Shown piece by piece: positions 48,530-58,498 of a stretch of DNA of 64,000 bases (within the stretch, counting starts at the first letter, position 1; each line of letters opens with the position of its first letter). The notes beneath the pieces were generated by a model that saw nothing but the letters and a program-made list of their open reading frames with translations, was not told the origin of the DNA and made no database searches. A program made the translations under genes and the position numbers. The stretch lies in assembly GCA_963727775.1 (NCBI GenBank), contig CAVSHB010000001.1, forward strand, positions 608,001 to 672,000. Reading direction: 5' to 3'. This DNA is from an uncultured Nitrospiraceae bacterium (GTDB lineage Bacteria > Nitrospirota > Thermodesulfovibrionia > Thermodesulfovibrionales > SM23-35).

Positions 48530-50506
48530 ATGCTGGGAGATAGATCAAAAAAAGCTCAGGTCATTTTCCTCATAGGAATTTTCATTACGGGGTTACTGGC
48601 ATTTTTAATGGTCATAAAATTTCGTCCCCTTGAAAGTCTCGAAGGCATGATGTACGACCTGAGATTCAGACTTATGGGGAATACGCCGCCTCCTGAAAAT
48701 ATTGTTATCGCTGCGATAGACGATAAAAGCATCGAAAGACTCGGGAGATGGCCGTGGAGCAGAGATAAGATTGCCCGGCTTATCACAAAGCTGACTGAAG
48801 CAGGGGCAGAGTTGATTGTATTTGATGTATTCATGACCGAAAAAGAAGAACACGATCCGGTCTTCGTTAAGACCGTGAGAGATGCGGGAAACGTTTTGCT
48901 TCCCCTTGTCTTTTACTTTGACAGGAGGACGGATACCAAAGAGAGCGAGCCTTTGTTGAACGCTGCGTTTCATTCAATTAAGGACGCCGAGAAGTTTAAC
49001 AGATATGCTCCCCTGAGTGTTAAGGGTGTTCTTGCCCCTTTGCCGGAACTCATCCGGGAATCTATGTCGCTCGGACATATCAATATGGTCCCGGACAGAG
49101 ACGGAATTCTCCGGTGGGAAATGATGGCCCTTGAATATCATGGATACCTGTATCCATCCCTGGACGCCCAGACAGCAGCAGTTTATCTTGCAATACCACA
49201 TGAGAAAGTAAGTGTTCATGCCACTGAAGGGATACAATTAGGGTCTAAACGATATATCCCGACTGATGAATATGGCAGGAGCCTGATTTTCTATTATGGA
49301 CCGTCAGGTACATTCAGGCAATTTTCAATTGCCGATATAATGGAAGACAAAATACCGTCCGGATTCCTGCAGGGTAAAATCGTGCTTATCGGTGCAACGG
49401 CGCTGGGGATTTATGATCTCAGGGTGACGCCTTTTTCCGAGGTCATGGCCGGAGTCGAAAAGCATGCAAATGTTATTGCTTCCGTCATCGAAAACAGGTT
49501 CCTCAGGAAAGCTCCCTTCTATGTAAACCTCATTATACTTCTGCTCTCCGGGTTTATTCTCTCTATTACAGTAGGAAGATTTAAGTCCGGCATTTCGTTC
49601 ATCATCTCCTTTATTATGACTTTATTTCTAATAACGCTTAGTTACTGGTTGTTTGCCGGAAAGGGTATTTGGATAAATGTCGGATATCCGGTCATTACCG
49701 TGTTGCTTGTATTTGTAAACGGGACAGCCTATAGCTATGCTGCCGAGGAGACATATGCAAGGAAAATACGTACCATGTTTTCAAGCTATGTAACAGAGAG
49801 GGTCGTTGATGAACTAATCAAGAACCCGGGTATGGCAAAACTCGGAGGCGAGAGAACAGAGGTGACCATTCTTTTCTCGGATGTGAGGGGGTTTACAGCT
49901 TTTTCTGAAAACCATTCGCCTGAAGAAGTCGTTACAATCCTCAATGAGTATCTCGGGGCCATGACAGAGATCATATTTAAGTGGGAGGGCACACTCGACA
50001 AGTTTATAGGGGACGCTATCCTGGCCTTTTGGGGTGCTCCAATGAAGCAGGATAACCATGCTGATCTCGCTGTAAAATGTGCGCTGAACATGGTAAAAAA
50101 ACTCGATGAACTGCAGCAGAAGTGGATTTCTGAGGGGAAGCCTGCCCTTAATGCCGGGATAGGAATAAATACCGGCGAAGTGATCGTGGGCAATATCGGG
50201 GTAGAAGGTAAGAAAATGGACTATACGATTATCGGAGACCATGTGAACCTTGCGTCAAGAGTTGAGTCGTTGACGAAAAAGTACAATGCCGCTCTTCTAT
50301 TAACGGAATTTACTTTAAATAAAATAAAGGGGGCCATAGTTGGGGGAAGAATAAGCCATGTAGAGGCGACAGGACTGGAGAGGGTCATCGTAAAAGGCAA
50401 GGAAAAAGCGGTTGCTATTTATGAAGCCAAGTCGCTCGAACACGGCGGTCAAAGCAGGATTGTTGAATGTGAGGAAGGGAAAATAGTGCGCCACAAAGAA
50501 AAATAG
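48530..50506 (+). CDS. CHASE2-domain class III adenylate cyclase
   Basis: IVIAAIDDKS..GRWPWSR, three TM helices, FSDVRGFT, DKFIGDA, DYTIIGDHVNLASRVE (Lys/Thr pair indicates ATP specificity). Confidence 0.93.
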   Translation: MLGDRSKKAQVIFLIGIFITGLLAFLMVIKFRPLESLEGMMYDLRFRLMGNTPPPENIVIAAIDDKSIERLGRWPWSRDKIARLITKLTEAGAELIVFDVFMTEKEEHDPVFVKTVRDAGNVLLPLVFYFDRRTDTKESEPLLNAAFHSIKDAEKFNRYAPLSVKGVLAPLPELIRESMSLGHINMVPDRDGILRWEMMALEYHGYLYPSLDAQTAAVYLAIPHEKVSVHATEGIQLGSKRYIPTDEYGRSLIFYYGPSGTFRQFSIADIMEDKIPSGFLQGKIVLIGATALGIYDLRVTPFSEVMAGVEKHANVIASVIENRFLRKAPFYVNLIILLLSGFILSITVGRFKSGISFIISFIMTLFLITLSYWLFAGKGIWINVGYPVITVLLVFVNGTAYSYAAEETYARKIRTMFSSYVTERVVDELIKNPGMAKLGGERTEVTILFSDVRGFTAFSENHSPEEVVTILNEYLGAMTEIIFKWEGTLDKFIGDAILAFWGAPMKQDNHADLAVKCALNMVKKLDELQQKWISEGKPALNAGIGINTGEVIVGNIGVEGKKMDYTIIGDHVNLASRVESLTKKYNAALLLTEFTLNKIKGAIVGGRISHVEATGLERVIVKGKEKAVAIYEAKSLEHGGQSRIVECEEGKIVRHKEK

Positions 50507-50556
50507 TGGGCCCGGAAAATCCGGTTGACGGTTATGTCACCGGTTCTATGAGTTAA

Positions 50557-50714
50557 CCCACTTAATTCATAAAATATACGGGTGCCGACAAATACAGTAT
50601 TTACGCTCATTCTCGGCCCGGTACAAATCGGGCCTCCGAGGCAAATTCTTTCTTCGAAAGAATTTAAAACCGCTTAAATACTGCATCTGTCGGCAATCTT
50701 ATGAATAGTGCGGG
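50557..50714. mobile_element. 158-bp MITE with IS1380-like ends (copy 1)
   Basis: Ends CCCACTTAATTCATAA / TTATGAATAGTGCGGG; TTAA on both sides. Confidence 0.85.
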
Positions 50715-50728
50715 TTAAAATAGCAGGC

Positions 50729-51226
50729 ATGAGAATACGACTCGCATTCGGGTTCATCGTTTATTTTATCGGAACCTGTTTGCACGAACTAACGCATTAT
50801 GTTGCAGCCCTCCTATTGGGGAAGGCTGAAGGTTTTTCGGTAATCCCCAGGACGGAAGGGAACCGATTTGTACTCGGCAGTGTAAGGTATAGGGTCAGAT
50901 ATAAGTTCCTGTCATCTTTTATAGCCGTAGCCCCTCTCGCCTGGTGGGCAATCCTGTTCCTGATATTGCTTTATCTCCATATCATCCGGCTGCGCAATGG
51001 CATACCAATAATCGGTTATGAACTGATCGCGAAAAAGCTCAGGTCCTTTTCCTTTTCAGATGCTTTTTACCTGTGGGTATTTATGCAAATGGTGTGGGCT
51101 GGGCACCTCTCCGTGCAAGATACAAAAAATGTTTTTAGAGGAATATTCTCTGTCTCGGGACTGGTTTTTCTGTCAGTAGTGATAATCCTGTTCTATCTGT
51201 TTCGGTACTTTATCTTGAATTTTTAA
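50729..51226 (+). CDS. Membrane protein with HExxH motif (M50-like metalloprotease?)
   Basis: GTCLHELTH...VLGSV...IAVAP; several TM helices. Confidence 0.6.
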   Translation: MRIRLAFGFIVYFIGTCLHELTHYVAALLLGKAEGFSVIPRTEGNRFVLGSVRYRVRYKFLSSFIAVAPLAWWAILFLILLYLHIIRLRNGIPIIGYELIAKKLRSFSFSDAFYLWVFMQMVWAGHLSVQDTKNVFRGIFSVSGLVFLSVVIILFYLFRYFILNF

Positions 51227-51557
51227 AGCAATAATGACAGTGTGTCAGGGTCATGGTTCCATTAGATCGGGCATCTTGCCTTGTTTGCTAAGCTCCCTGT
51301 TGCCGAGGTTTTCATTAATTTCAATAAGTTATATCTTGGTATTCTTCTTGCTCTTAAAAATGCCGGAGGGGGTGAAAAACGGGCAAAAATATTACGTTGT
51401 ACTGACATGGGAGTTAGATGCGATTAGGTCGGTCGCAAAGGAGCGCTTGCTGCAGCAGTAAAAAAGGTTTGGTTTTGAGAAAACTTTGAGTGGATCTAAA
51501 TTCAAACATTTTGTGTCTTGTAAACAACTTAAATTATTAAGTCAAAGGAGATTCAGC

Positions 51558-52133
51558 ATGAAAAAAGCATTTTTGTTGATTACGATTACCATATTGCCGG
51601 CGCTCATGCTGCCCGGACTTATCGCCGGCGGTATCGTCTTATTAGGTTGCATAGGAAAGTCGGATGGGTCCCACAGCTTATCGGCGCCGGTCCCGATTAA
51701 GGTCTATTCCGTTGAAAAAGGGGGCTACATCATGAGTGAAACTGTTAATAAGAGCAATGAAGAGTGGAAAAAACAGCTGACACCCGAACAGTATCACATC
51801 CTGCGGGAAAAAGGGACTGAACGGGCGTTTTCCGGAAAATACGCCGACTTTCACGAACATGGTATTTACCAGTGCGCGGCCTGCGGGCTTGACCTGTTCA
51901 GGTCGGAAGACAAATACGAGTCCGGCACCGGATGGCCGAGCTTCACGGCGCCGATAGCCGCGGAAAACATCATCACCAAACCGGACAAGAGCTTATTCAC
52001 CAGTCGCACAGAAGTTCTCTGCCGCCGTTGCGGCGGCCATCTCGGCCATGTTTTTGACGATGGTCCCAAACCGACAGGGCTGCGCTACTGTATGAATTCG
52101 GCTGCCCTGCAATTCGCGGCAACAAAGAAATGA
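51558..52133 (+). CDS. msrB: Methionine-R-sulfoxide reductase, exported/lipoprotein-like
   Basis: [31 protein letters not shown]-terminal hydrophobic stretch with LLGC. Confidence 0.95.
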   Translation: MKKAFLLITITILPALMLPGLIAGGIVLLGCIGKSDGSHSLSAPVPIKVYSVEKGGYIMSETVNKSNEEWKKQLTPEQYHILREKGTERAFSGKYADFHEHGIYQCAACGLDLFRSEDKYESGTGWPSFTAPIAAENIITKPDKSLFTSRTEVLCRRCGGHLGHVFDDGPKPTGLRYCMNSAALQFAATKK

Positions 52134-52157
52134 GCGGATTGTCAGAGAGGAGGCATA

Positions 52158-52766
52158 ATGAAAATGTTTATTACTGCGATGTTGGGACTTTCAGTCTTCC
52201 TCATCGTAAACACCACTGTCATGGCTGCACCTAATCTTGAAAAGGCGACCTTTGCGGGAGGCTGCTTCTGGTGTATGGAGCACCCCTTCGATGAGATTCC
52301 CGGCGTAGTTTCGGTAACATCCGGATACACCGGCGGGTGGAAAAAGAATCCTACGTACGAAGAGGTCTCAGCCGGAGGAACGGGGCATGCCGAGTCAGTC
52401 CAGGTCATTTATGATCCGGCAAGAGTCACGTACGAAAAGCTCCTGAACGTCTTTTGGCATAACATCGACCCGACCGCTAAGGACCGGCAGTTCTGTGATT
52501 CCGGGCATCAGTATCGAAGTGCAATTTTTTATCATAATGAGGGACAGCACCGGCTGGCGCTGCAGTCGAAGACACTATTGGAAAAGAACAAGACCATCAA
52601 AGAACCTATCGTAACCGAGATTGTGCAGGCCACTGAGTTCTACCCGGCAGAGGATTACCACCAGCACTATTACAAGAAGAACCCGATCCGTTACAAATAC
52701 TACCGTTTTAGATGCGGTCGTGACCAAAGGCTTAAGGAACTGTGGGGCAATGCGGCGGGTCATTGA
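52158..52766 (+). CDS. msrA: Methionine-S-sulfoxide reductase with signal peptide
   Basis: GGCFWC, SGYTGG, GHAE, AEDYHQ. Confidence 0.95.
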   Translation: MKMFITAMLGLSVFLIVNTTVMAAPNLEKATFAGGCFWCMEHPFDEIPGVVSVTSGYTGGWKKNPTYEEVSAGGTGHAESVQVIYDPARVTYEKLLNVFWHNIDPTAKDRQFCDSGHQYRSAIFYHNEGQHRLALQSKTLLEKNKTIKEPIVTEIVQATEFYPAEDYHQHYYKKNPIRYKYYRFRCGRDQRLKELWGNAAGH

Positions 52767-52870
52767 CAGAGGGTGATTAGATTCAACTCTTAGTACGATA
52801 ATCCCGGACAAGCCGGAATGACATCTTTGATACCTCGCAGCTCTGTTAGGGGCTTGTTCAATCCGTTGTT

Positions 52871-53230
52871 TTACATGCCCGGTTTCGACTGCCAGAGTCC
52901 AGAAGCCGCACCGGTCGGATCGACAATCACACTGAACCACCCCATGTCCGGAACCTCGGTGACATCCTTGGCAATGGCAGCTCCGAGCGACTTCGTTTTC
53001 TTTGTTGATGCCGCGACATCGTTTACCAGGATGTATGGAAGCCAGTTGTCGGGACCGCCCGGCATCGGGTTCTTCATAATCCCTCCGCCCGTGCCTTCTC
53101 CGACATTGATTATCGTGTACTCCATTCCCGGAAGTTCTTCCATCTTCCAGTCGAACATGCCTGCGTAGAACTTCTTTGACTTGTCCACGTCTTGTGTATG
53201 CAATTCAATGTGAACAAATGGATTTGCCAT
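52871..53230 (-). CDS. VOC/glyoxalase family protein
   Basis: FVHIEL, FY..MFDW, WLPYILV, DPTGA. Confidence 0.9.
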   Translation of the reverse strand: MANPFVHIELHTQDVDKSKKFYAGMFDWKMEELPGMEYTIINVGEGTGGGIMKNPMPGGPDNWLPYILVNDVAASTKKTKSLGAAIAKDVTEVPDMGWFSVIVDPTGAASGLWQSKPGM

Positions 53231-53291
53231 GTTGCACCTCCTCAAGTATTTATATTTCTGAGTATAGCAGGTACATGCCGCCCATCAAGTG

Positions 53292-53321
53292 GGTAGGGGC
53301 ACGTTGCAACGTGCCCCTACC
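53292..53321. repeat. GTAG-type REP, perfect 30-bp palindrome
   Basis: GGTAGGGGCACGTTGCAACGTGCCCCTACC. Confidence 0.8.
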
Positions 53322-53377
53322 TATCTTGATTGATTTGTCTTCTTGAGAATTTCTTTTGCACATGATATTCTTCGCTT

Positions 53378-54286
53378 ATGCTGAAGAAACAGATTCCTTC
53401 CACTAATCTGCAATTCATAAAAAAGATCAGCGCATTGTTTCTGATCGTGGTTGCTGCTGCATCGCTCACCGGCTGCATCACCTTTCTGACCGAAATCAAA
53501 GTCCGGGGTGACGGCAGCGGGACGATGGTGCAGACGATAACCCTGAACCCGGAGCAGATGAAGGAATCGATGGCAGGCATTGCGAAACAGATGGGCGCGC
53601 CAGTCGAATCAAAAACAAAAGATTTGAAAAATGACTCGCCGAAGGTATCAAAGGAGAGACCGTTCAAGGAAGCTGACCTCAAGGGCAAGGCCGCAGATAT
53701 GGGCCCGGGGGTAACATTTGTGTCCGCGGAAACGATTGACACGAAGACGGTAGCCGGAGTCCGTGTGACCTACGCCTTTAAGGACATCAATCAATTAGCT
53801 GTCAACCCAAAGCCGGCTGCGGCGATGGGGACGGTTGCCGCCGGAGCTTCTGCACAGGAAGCCGTGAAGTTCCGGTTCAACCGCCTGCCGAACGGCAACG
53901 CAGTTCTCACAATCATCCTTGCCCAGGCCAAGCCGGAGACCAAGGAACAAGCCGCCACACCGCCGCCTCCGGCTTCTCCGGAAGAATCGGCCCAGCAGAC
54001 GGCACTAATAAGGCAGATGTTCAGAGGTCTCCACATGGGACTGTCTGTTGATGTGGAGGGCAAAGTTGTTAAGACGAACAGCCCGTATGTCGAAGGATCG
54101 AAGGTCACGCTGATGGACATCGACTTCGACCCGCTTTTCTCCGAGGAGGAGGGTTTCAAGGCGTTGAGCGCGAAGCTGGAGAAAGTGACGGGAGACGATC
54201 GGAAGACGATGGAGATTCTCAAGGGAGTTAAGGGCCTTAAGATCGTGACGGACCCGGAAGTCTCGATCGAGTTCACCCCGAAATAG
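53378..54286 (+). CDS. Hypothetical lipoprotein
   Basis: Lipobox SLTGC then IKVRGDGSGT. Confidence 0.75.
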   Translation: MLKKQIPSTNLQFIKKISALFLIVVAAASLTGCITFLTEIKVRGDGSGTMVQTITLNPEQMKESMAGIAKQMGAPVESKTKDLKNDSPKVSKERPFKEADLKGKAADMGPGVTFVSAETIDTKTVAGVRVTYAFKDINQLAVNPKPAAAMGTVAAGASAQEAVKFRFNRLPNGNAVLTIILAQAKPETKEQAATPPPPASPEESAQQTALIRQMFRGLHMGLSVDVEGKVVKTNSPYVEGSKVTLMDIDFDPLFSEEEGFKALSAKLEKVTGDDRKTMEILKGVKGLKIVTDPEVSIEFTPK

Positions 54287-54423
54287 AGTTCACCGTAATA
54301 CCTGACCCCGTTGACGTCTTTTGAATACATAGTCCTCAAGCCGTAGAGCATTGGTGAGCCCCCATGCCTTGAAAGATGCCTTGAAAGATGTCATTCTATA
54401 GACAGAAGGAAACTGTGTAAGGA

Positions 54424-55332
54424 ATGATACTCAACCATGGCCCTAATATCAACATATTATTAATCGAGGATAACCCGGCTGACGCAAGGCTCATCAAAGA
54501 AATGCTTGAAGATGATGGGGGCTGCAGTTTCACGATTGAAAACGTGAAACTGCTCTCAAACGGCTTGAAATGTCTTAAAGAGAAAAAATTTGATGTGCTT
54601 CTTCTGGATCTTGGATTGCCGGACAGTACAGGAAATGAGACAATCGGAAGTGTTCTAAATCTTAAATCCGGAGTGCCTATCGTAGTGTTAACGGGTTATG
54701 CAGATGAAACGTTGGGGATTGAAGCAGTGAAAGAGGGTGCACAGGATTACCTTGTAAAAGGCCGCGTTGACCGCCAACTTCTTATGCGGTCGATTCATTA
54801 TGCTATTGAACGTCAAAAGCTTTTATTAGAACTGCATAACCAGTCACTGACAGATTTTCTCACCGGCCTGAATAACAGGCGAGGCTTCTTTTCGCTGGCT
54901 GAGCAGCAGGCCAAGGTGGCGAAAAGAGAAAAAAAAGGGCTGTTGCTCATTATGATTGATATTGATGACTTTAAAAAAATCAACGATACCTTCGGCCACG
55001 GAACAGGCGATCATGTATTGGTTGAGACAGCGCGGCTATTGAGGGAGACTTTCCGTGATTCTGATATTATAGGCCGAATCGGCGGTGATGAATTTGCAAT
55101 CTGCGTGTTGGAAGATGACACTGTCAATGAAGACATTCTTACGGCAAGGCTGCAGGAAAACCTTAAGGAACTTAACAGTAAAAAAACGCTCCCCTGCGGT
55201 CTTTCTTTCAGCGCGGGTTTCGCCAGATGTTCTGTAGAAGCGCCTCGTTCTCTTGAAGAATTGGTATCGGCGGCAGACAAATCAATGTATGAACGGAAAA
55301 AGAACTACAAGAGTCAACTAAGCAATTATTGA
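54424..55332 (+). CDS. REC-GGDEF response-regulator diguanylate cyclase
   Basis: IEDN, LLDLGLPD, AQDYLVK; RDSD I-site and GGDEF. Confidence 0.93.
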   Translation: MILNHGPNINILLIEDNPADARLIKEMLEDDGGCSFTIENVKLLSNGLKCLKEKKFDVLLLDLGLPDSTGNETIGSVLNLKSGVPIVVLTGYADETLGIEAVKEGAQDYLVKGRVDRQLLMRSIHYAIERQKLLLELHNQSLTDFLTGLNNRRGFFSLAEQQAKVAKREKKGLLLIMIDIDDFKKINDTFGHGTGDHVLVETARLLRETFRDSDIIGRIGGDEFAICVLEDDTVNEDILTARLQENLKELNSKKTLPCGLSFSAGFARCSVEAPRSLEELVSAADKSMYERKKNYKSQLSNY

Positions 55333-55404
55333 GTTTCGCATTCTTCATGTTCTTTCCTTGCAGTATATTCCCTGTGTATCTTCTTTATATCGGAAGTAGT
55401 CCGC

Positions 55405-55821
55405 TTACTCTCCGATAATCTTGATAAGTACTCTCTTTTTCCTGCGACCGTCAAATTCTCCGTAAAAAATCTGTTCCCAGGGACCAAAATCAAGCTTTCC
55501 GTTGGTGACGGCAACAACGACCTCTCTTCCCATGATCTGTCTCTTCAGGTGGGCATCGGCATTGTCTTCACCCACATTATGGCGGTACTGCTTCACCGGC
55601 TCATGGGGAGCCAGTTTTTCAAGCCAGACATCAAAGTCGTGATGGAGTCCCGGCTCGTCGTCATTGATGAAAACAGACGCCGTTATGTGCATGGCGTTGC
55701 AAAGCACAAGGCCTTCTTTGACACCGCTCTCCTTAAGACATTCCTCTATTTGAGACGTGATATTAATAAATGCTCTGCGGGTTGGGACACTAAACCAAAG
55801 CTCTTTCCTATAGGTTTTCAT
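55405..55821 (-). CDS. yjbQ: YjbQ/UPF0047 protein
   Basis: HITAS, NADAHLK, EFDG. Confidence 0.9.
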   Translation of the reverse strand: MKTYRKELWFSVPTRRAFINITSQIEECLKESGVKEGLVLCNAMHITASVFINDDEPGLHHDFDVWLEKLAPHEPVKQYRHNVGEDNADAHLKRQIMGREVVVAVTNGKLDFGPWEQIFYGEFDGRRKKRVLIKIIGE

Positions 55822-56239
55822 CTATATAACCTCCTGAATATTGGATTTCTCACGGCTTTACGGAAAAAGTTATCCTAATCAATAGTATTAACATAATAGC
55901 ATGGAAGTCGCGACGGCGCACCCATCCGGATCGGAGTCCGGAAGATATTGCTTTTCAGTGTGCTGAACAGCTCGTGAGCAATTCAGGCCAAGAGCCCCAG
56001 AATCGTGACGGATCCGGAAGTCTCGAACGAGTTCGCTCCGAAATAGAGTTCCCCCCCCAAAAGGTATTTGCCTTGACCCGTAACGAGATTATGAACCTAT
56101 CACAAATTGTGACAGGATCCCACATATGAAGCATGGCCTGCGCAATTTTTGCACTGAGCATATCTCAAAGGCTTTTTCTATATCGCCGGCTCAAATATGC
56201 ATCCTTGCGGCATGACTACGAAAAAGCATAAAATAGCCA

Positions 56240-56974
56240 ATGGAACCGATCATAAAAAATCTTGACGAGAGGGTGGCGAAGGCGGTTTCTCATTACTGGT
56301 TGACCCGTGAAAATCAAGCCAGAAAACAAGAAGGCTCGGGACGTGCGGATCAGGGGCTGAGAAGTGCTGTTACAGGCGGCGCACAGATGGATGGCTTCAT
56401 TGGCTTGTTGACTGAAATAATAGTTGATGCAGGGATAGATAAGCAGCATGTTTTTCATAATAAAAATCTTGAACTCCCCGGCTTTTTCAGACCCACAAAA
56501 GAATGGGACCTCCTGGTAATCAAAGATGGTCAGTTGCTCGTCGCTCTCGAAGCAAAATCACAGGTAGGCCCTTCTTTCGGCAACAATTTCAATAACAGAA
56601 CAGAGGAAGCCATGGGCAGTGCACTGGACCTCTGGACAGCATACAGAGAGGGCGCTTTTAATAAAACAATACGACCCTGGCTCGGGTATATCTTCCTGCT
56701 CGAAGACTGCAAACAATCGCAAAACGCGGTAAGAGTGAAAGAACCCCATTTCAGTGTCTTTGAGGAATTCAGGGGCGCATCATATGCGAAAAGATATGAG
56801 CTTTTCTGCAGGAAGCTTGTAAGGGAACGACACTACAATGCCTCGGCCTTTCTTCTCAGCGACAGGAAAGCCGGTCAAGAGGGCGCTTTCAGAGAACCTG
56901 CTGAAGACCTCACAATCGAGCTTTACATGCGGTCACTCGTGGCGCACGTTGCTGCATTTGGCAAAGGCCGTTGA
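56240..56974 (+). CDS. PaeR7I/XhoI-family type II restriction endonuclease
   Basis: LPGFFRPTKEWD, EAKSQVGPSFGNNFNNRTEEA. Confidence 0.88.
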   Translation: MEPIIKNLDERVAKAVSHYWLTRENQARKQEGSGRADQGLRSAVTGGAQMDGFIGLLTEIIVDAGIDKQHVFHNKNLELPGFFRPTKEWDLLVIKDGQLLVALEAKSQVGPSFGNNFNNRTEEAMGSALDLWTAYREGAFNKTIRPWLGYIFLLEDCKQSQNAVRVKEPHFSVFEEFRGASYAKRYELFCRKLVRERHYNASAFLLSDRKAGQEGAFREPAEDLTIELYMRSLVAHVAAFGKGR

Positions 56975-57936
56975 TGCTCACCGAGCTAAAAAATGAGAAT
57001 CAAACCACATCGCATCGCCTTATCCATGGCGATAACCGCACCCTGTCCTTTATTGCTGATGAATCCGTACACCTTGTTGTCACTTCTCCGCCTTACTGGT
57101 CACTGAAGAGATACAATGAACACCCCGACCAGCTTGGGCACATCGCTGATTATGAGATTTTCCTCTCGGAACTGTCGAAAGTCTGGAAAGAAGCCTATCG
57201 CGTCCTTGTCCCCGGCGGCAGGCTTGTCTGTGTTGTGGGGGACGTCTGCTTGTCCCGAAGGGAGTACGGAAGGCATCTCGTAATGCCGCTCCACTCGGAT
57301 ATATCTGTCATATGCCGTAAACTCGGTTTCGACAATCTCAATCCGATCATCTGGCACAAGATTTCGAATGCGTCGTTCGAGGCAAACGACGGCACAAAGT
57401 TCTTGGGGAAGCCGTATGAACCCAACGCAATCATAAAGAACGATATAGAATTCCTCCTGATGCAACGGAAGCCTGGGGGCTACAGAAAGCCGACGCAGGA
57501 GCAGCGCAGGTTAAGCATGATCGGCAAGGAAGACTATAACGAGTGGTTCAGACAGTTTTGGAACATTACCGGCGCGTCCACAAAAAATCATCCGGCCCCC
57601 TTTCCCTTTGAGCTTGCATACCGGCTTGTGAGGATGTTTTCCTTCTGGGGTGATACCGTGCTCGACCCTTTTTGCGGAACCGGAACAACCATGCTCGCCG
57701 CCTTAAAGTGTGGAAGAAATAGCATTGGTGTGGAGATCGACGGCGAATATTGCCGCATGGCGCTCCACCGCCTCAGGACCGAAGGTCACGATTTGCTTCG
57801 TGAAGCCGAAATTGAATTTTCGACGATGGGCGACAACGGAGGCAACCTGTTTGTTCAGAAAGAGTCTGTAGTTTATGGGGGAACAAAGAGGAAGAAGACA
57901 GCAAGGATGAAGGGCGGCAGTCGCAAGGGACGTTGA
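56971..57936 (+). CDS. Beta-class amino DNA methyltransferase (N4-C/N6-A)
   Basis: VTSPPY, HPAPFP, VLDPFCGTGTT; overlaps the endonuclease stop. Confidence 0.93.
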   Translation: MMLTELKNENQTTSHRLIHGDNRTLSFIADESVHLVVTSPPYWSLKRYNEHPDQLGHIADYEIFLSELSKVWKEAYRVLVPGGRLVCVVGDVCLSRREYGRHLVMPLHSDISVICRKLGFDNLNPIIWHKISNASFEANDGTKFLGKPYEPNAIIKNDIEFLLMQRKPGGYRKPTQEQRRLSMIGKEDYNEWFRQFWNITGASTKNHPAPFPFELAYRLVRMFSFWGDTVLDPFCGTGTTMLAALKCGRNSIGVEIDGEYCRMALHRLRTEGHDLLREAEIEFSTMGDNGGNLFVQKESVVYGGTKRKKTARMKGGSRKGR

Positions 57937-57963
57937 TGAATCAGTCAACTTGACACCTATTAC

Positions 57964-58080
57964 ATCGAGGACATGGAGAATAAATATGACCATCAGTCCA
58001 AGATCATCTTTGCTGCGATAAAGCAGTTGCTGGTGCCTCCAGCGGAGGCGATAGGATTTCGATGGGGAAAGGATGTGTAG
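57964..58080 (+). pseudogene. C-terminal remnant of an ORF6N-type DNA-binding protein
   Basis: IEDMENKYDHQSKIIFAAIKQLLVPP..IGF matches the typical ORF6N tail (MEKKYD.QF..VF.AI.QL..P..IGF). Confidence 0.6.
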
Positions 58081-58212
58081 CAAATCCGCCTGTATTCGGG
58101 CAGTCTTCAGCCTGTACCATAATGGCTGGGGGGAAAAAGCAATTCACGCAGGACGCACATGGGGTCTGGCTTGACTATTGACTTATAACGATTGCAGTTA
58201 GATCACATCACC

Positions 58213-58452
58213 ATGAAGAAAAAGGCTATCAAGGCTAAGGAAATTGAAAAGAAATTTGATGAAGGCGAGGACATTTCCAAGTATCTCGATCTGTCAAAAG
58301 CAAGGAGACCCGAGCAAGAACAGAAAAGAGTAAATGTGGATTTCCCTTTGTGGATGATCCATTTATTGGATAAAGAGACAAGACGCTTGGGCGTACCTCG
58401 ACAATCCATCATCAAAGTCTGGGTGGCAGAGCGTCTTGAAAAGGCATCTTGA
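58213..58452 (+). CDS. BrnA/CopG-like antitoxin (orphan)
   Basis: KFDEGEDISKYLDLSKARRP..RVNVDFP.W...RQSIIKVW. Confidence 0.85.
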   Translation: MKKKAIKAKEIEKKFDEGEDISKYLDLSKARRPEQEQKRVNVDFPLWMIHLLDKETRRLGVPRQSIIKVWVAERLEKAS

Positions 58453-58498
58453 AACGGATAGCGAGCGAATATGAAAAACAACCCCCTGTCCTTGCGTC

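Larger units (their letters stand above)
54242..56051 (+). repeat. 50-bp direct repeat (54242-54291 and 56002-56051) of the lipoprotein gene 3' end
   Basis: 46 of 50 positions identical by manual alignment. Confidence 0.85.

Noticed and set aside
54364..54390. Tandem 12-mer ATGCCTTGAAAG x2
   Set aside because: Only two copies; most likely slippage with no supporting function.
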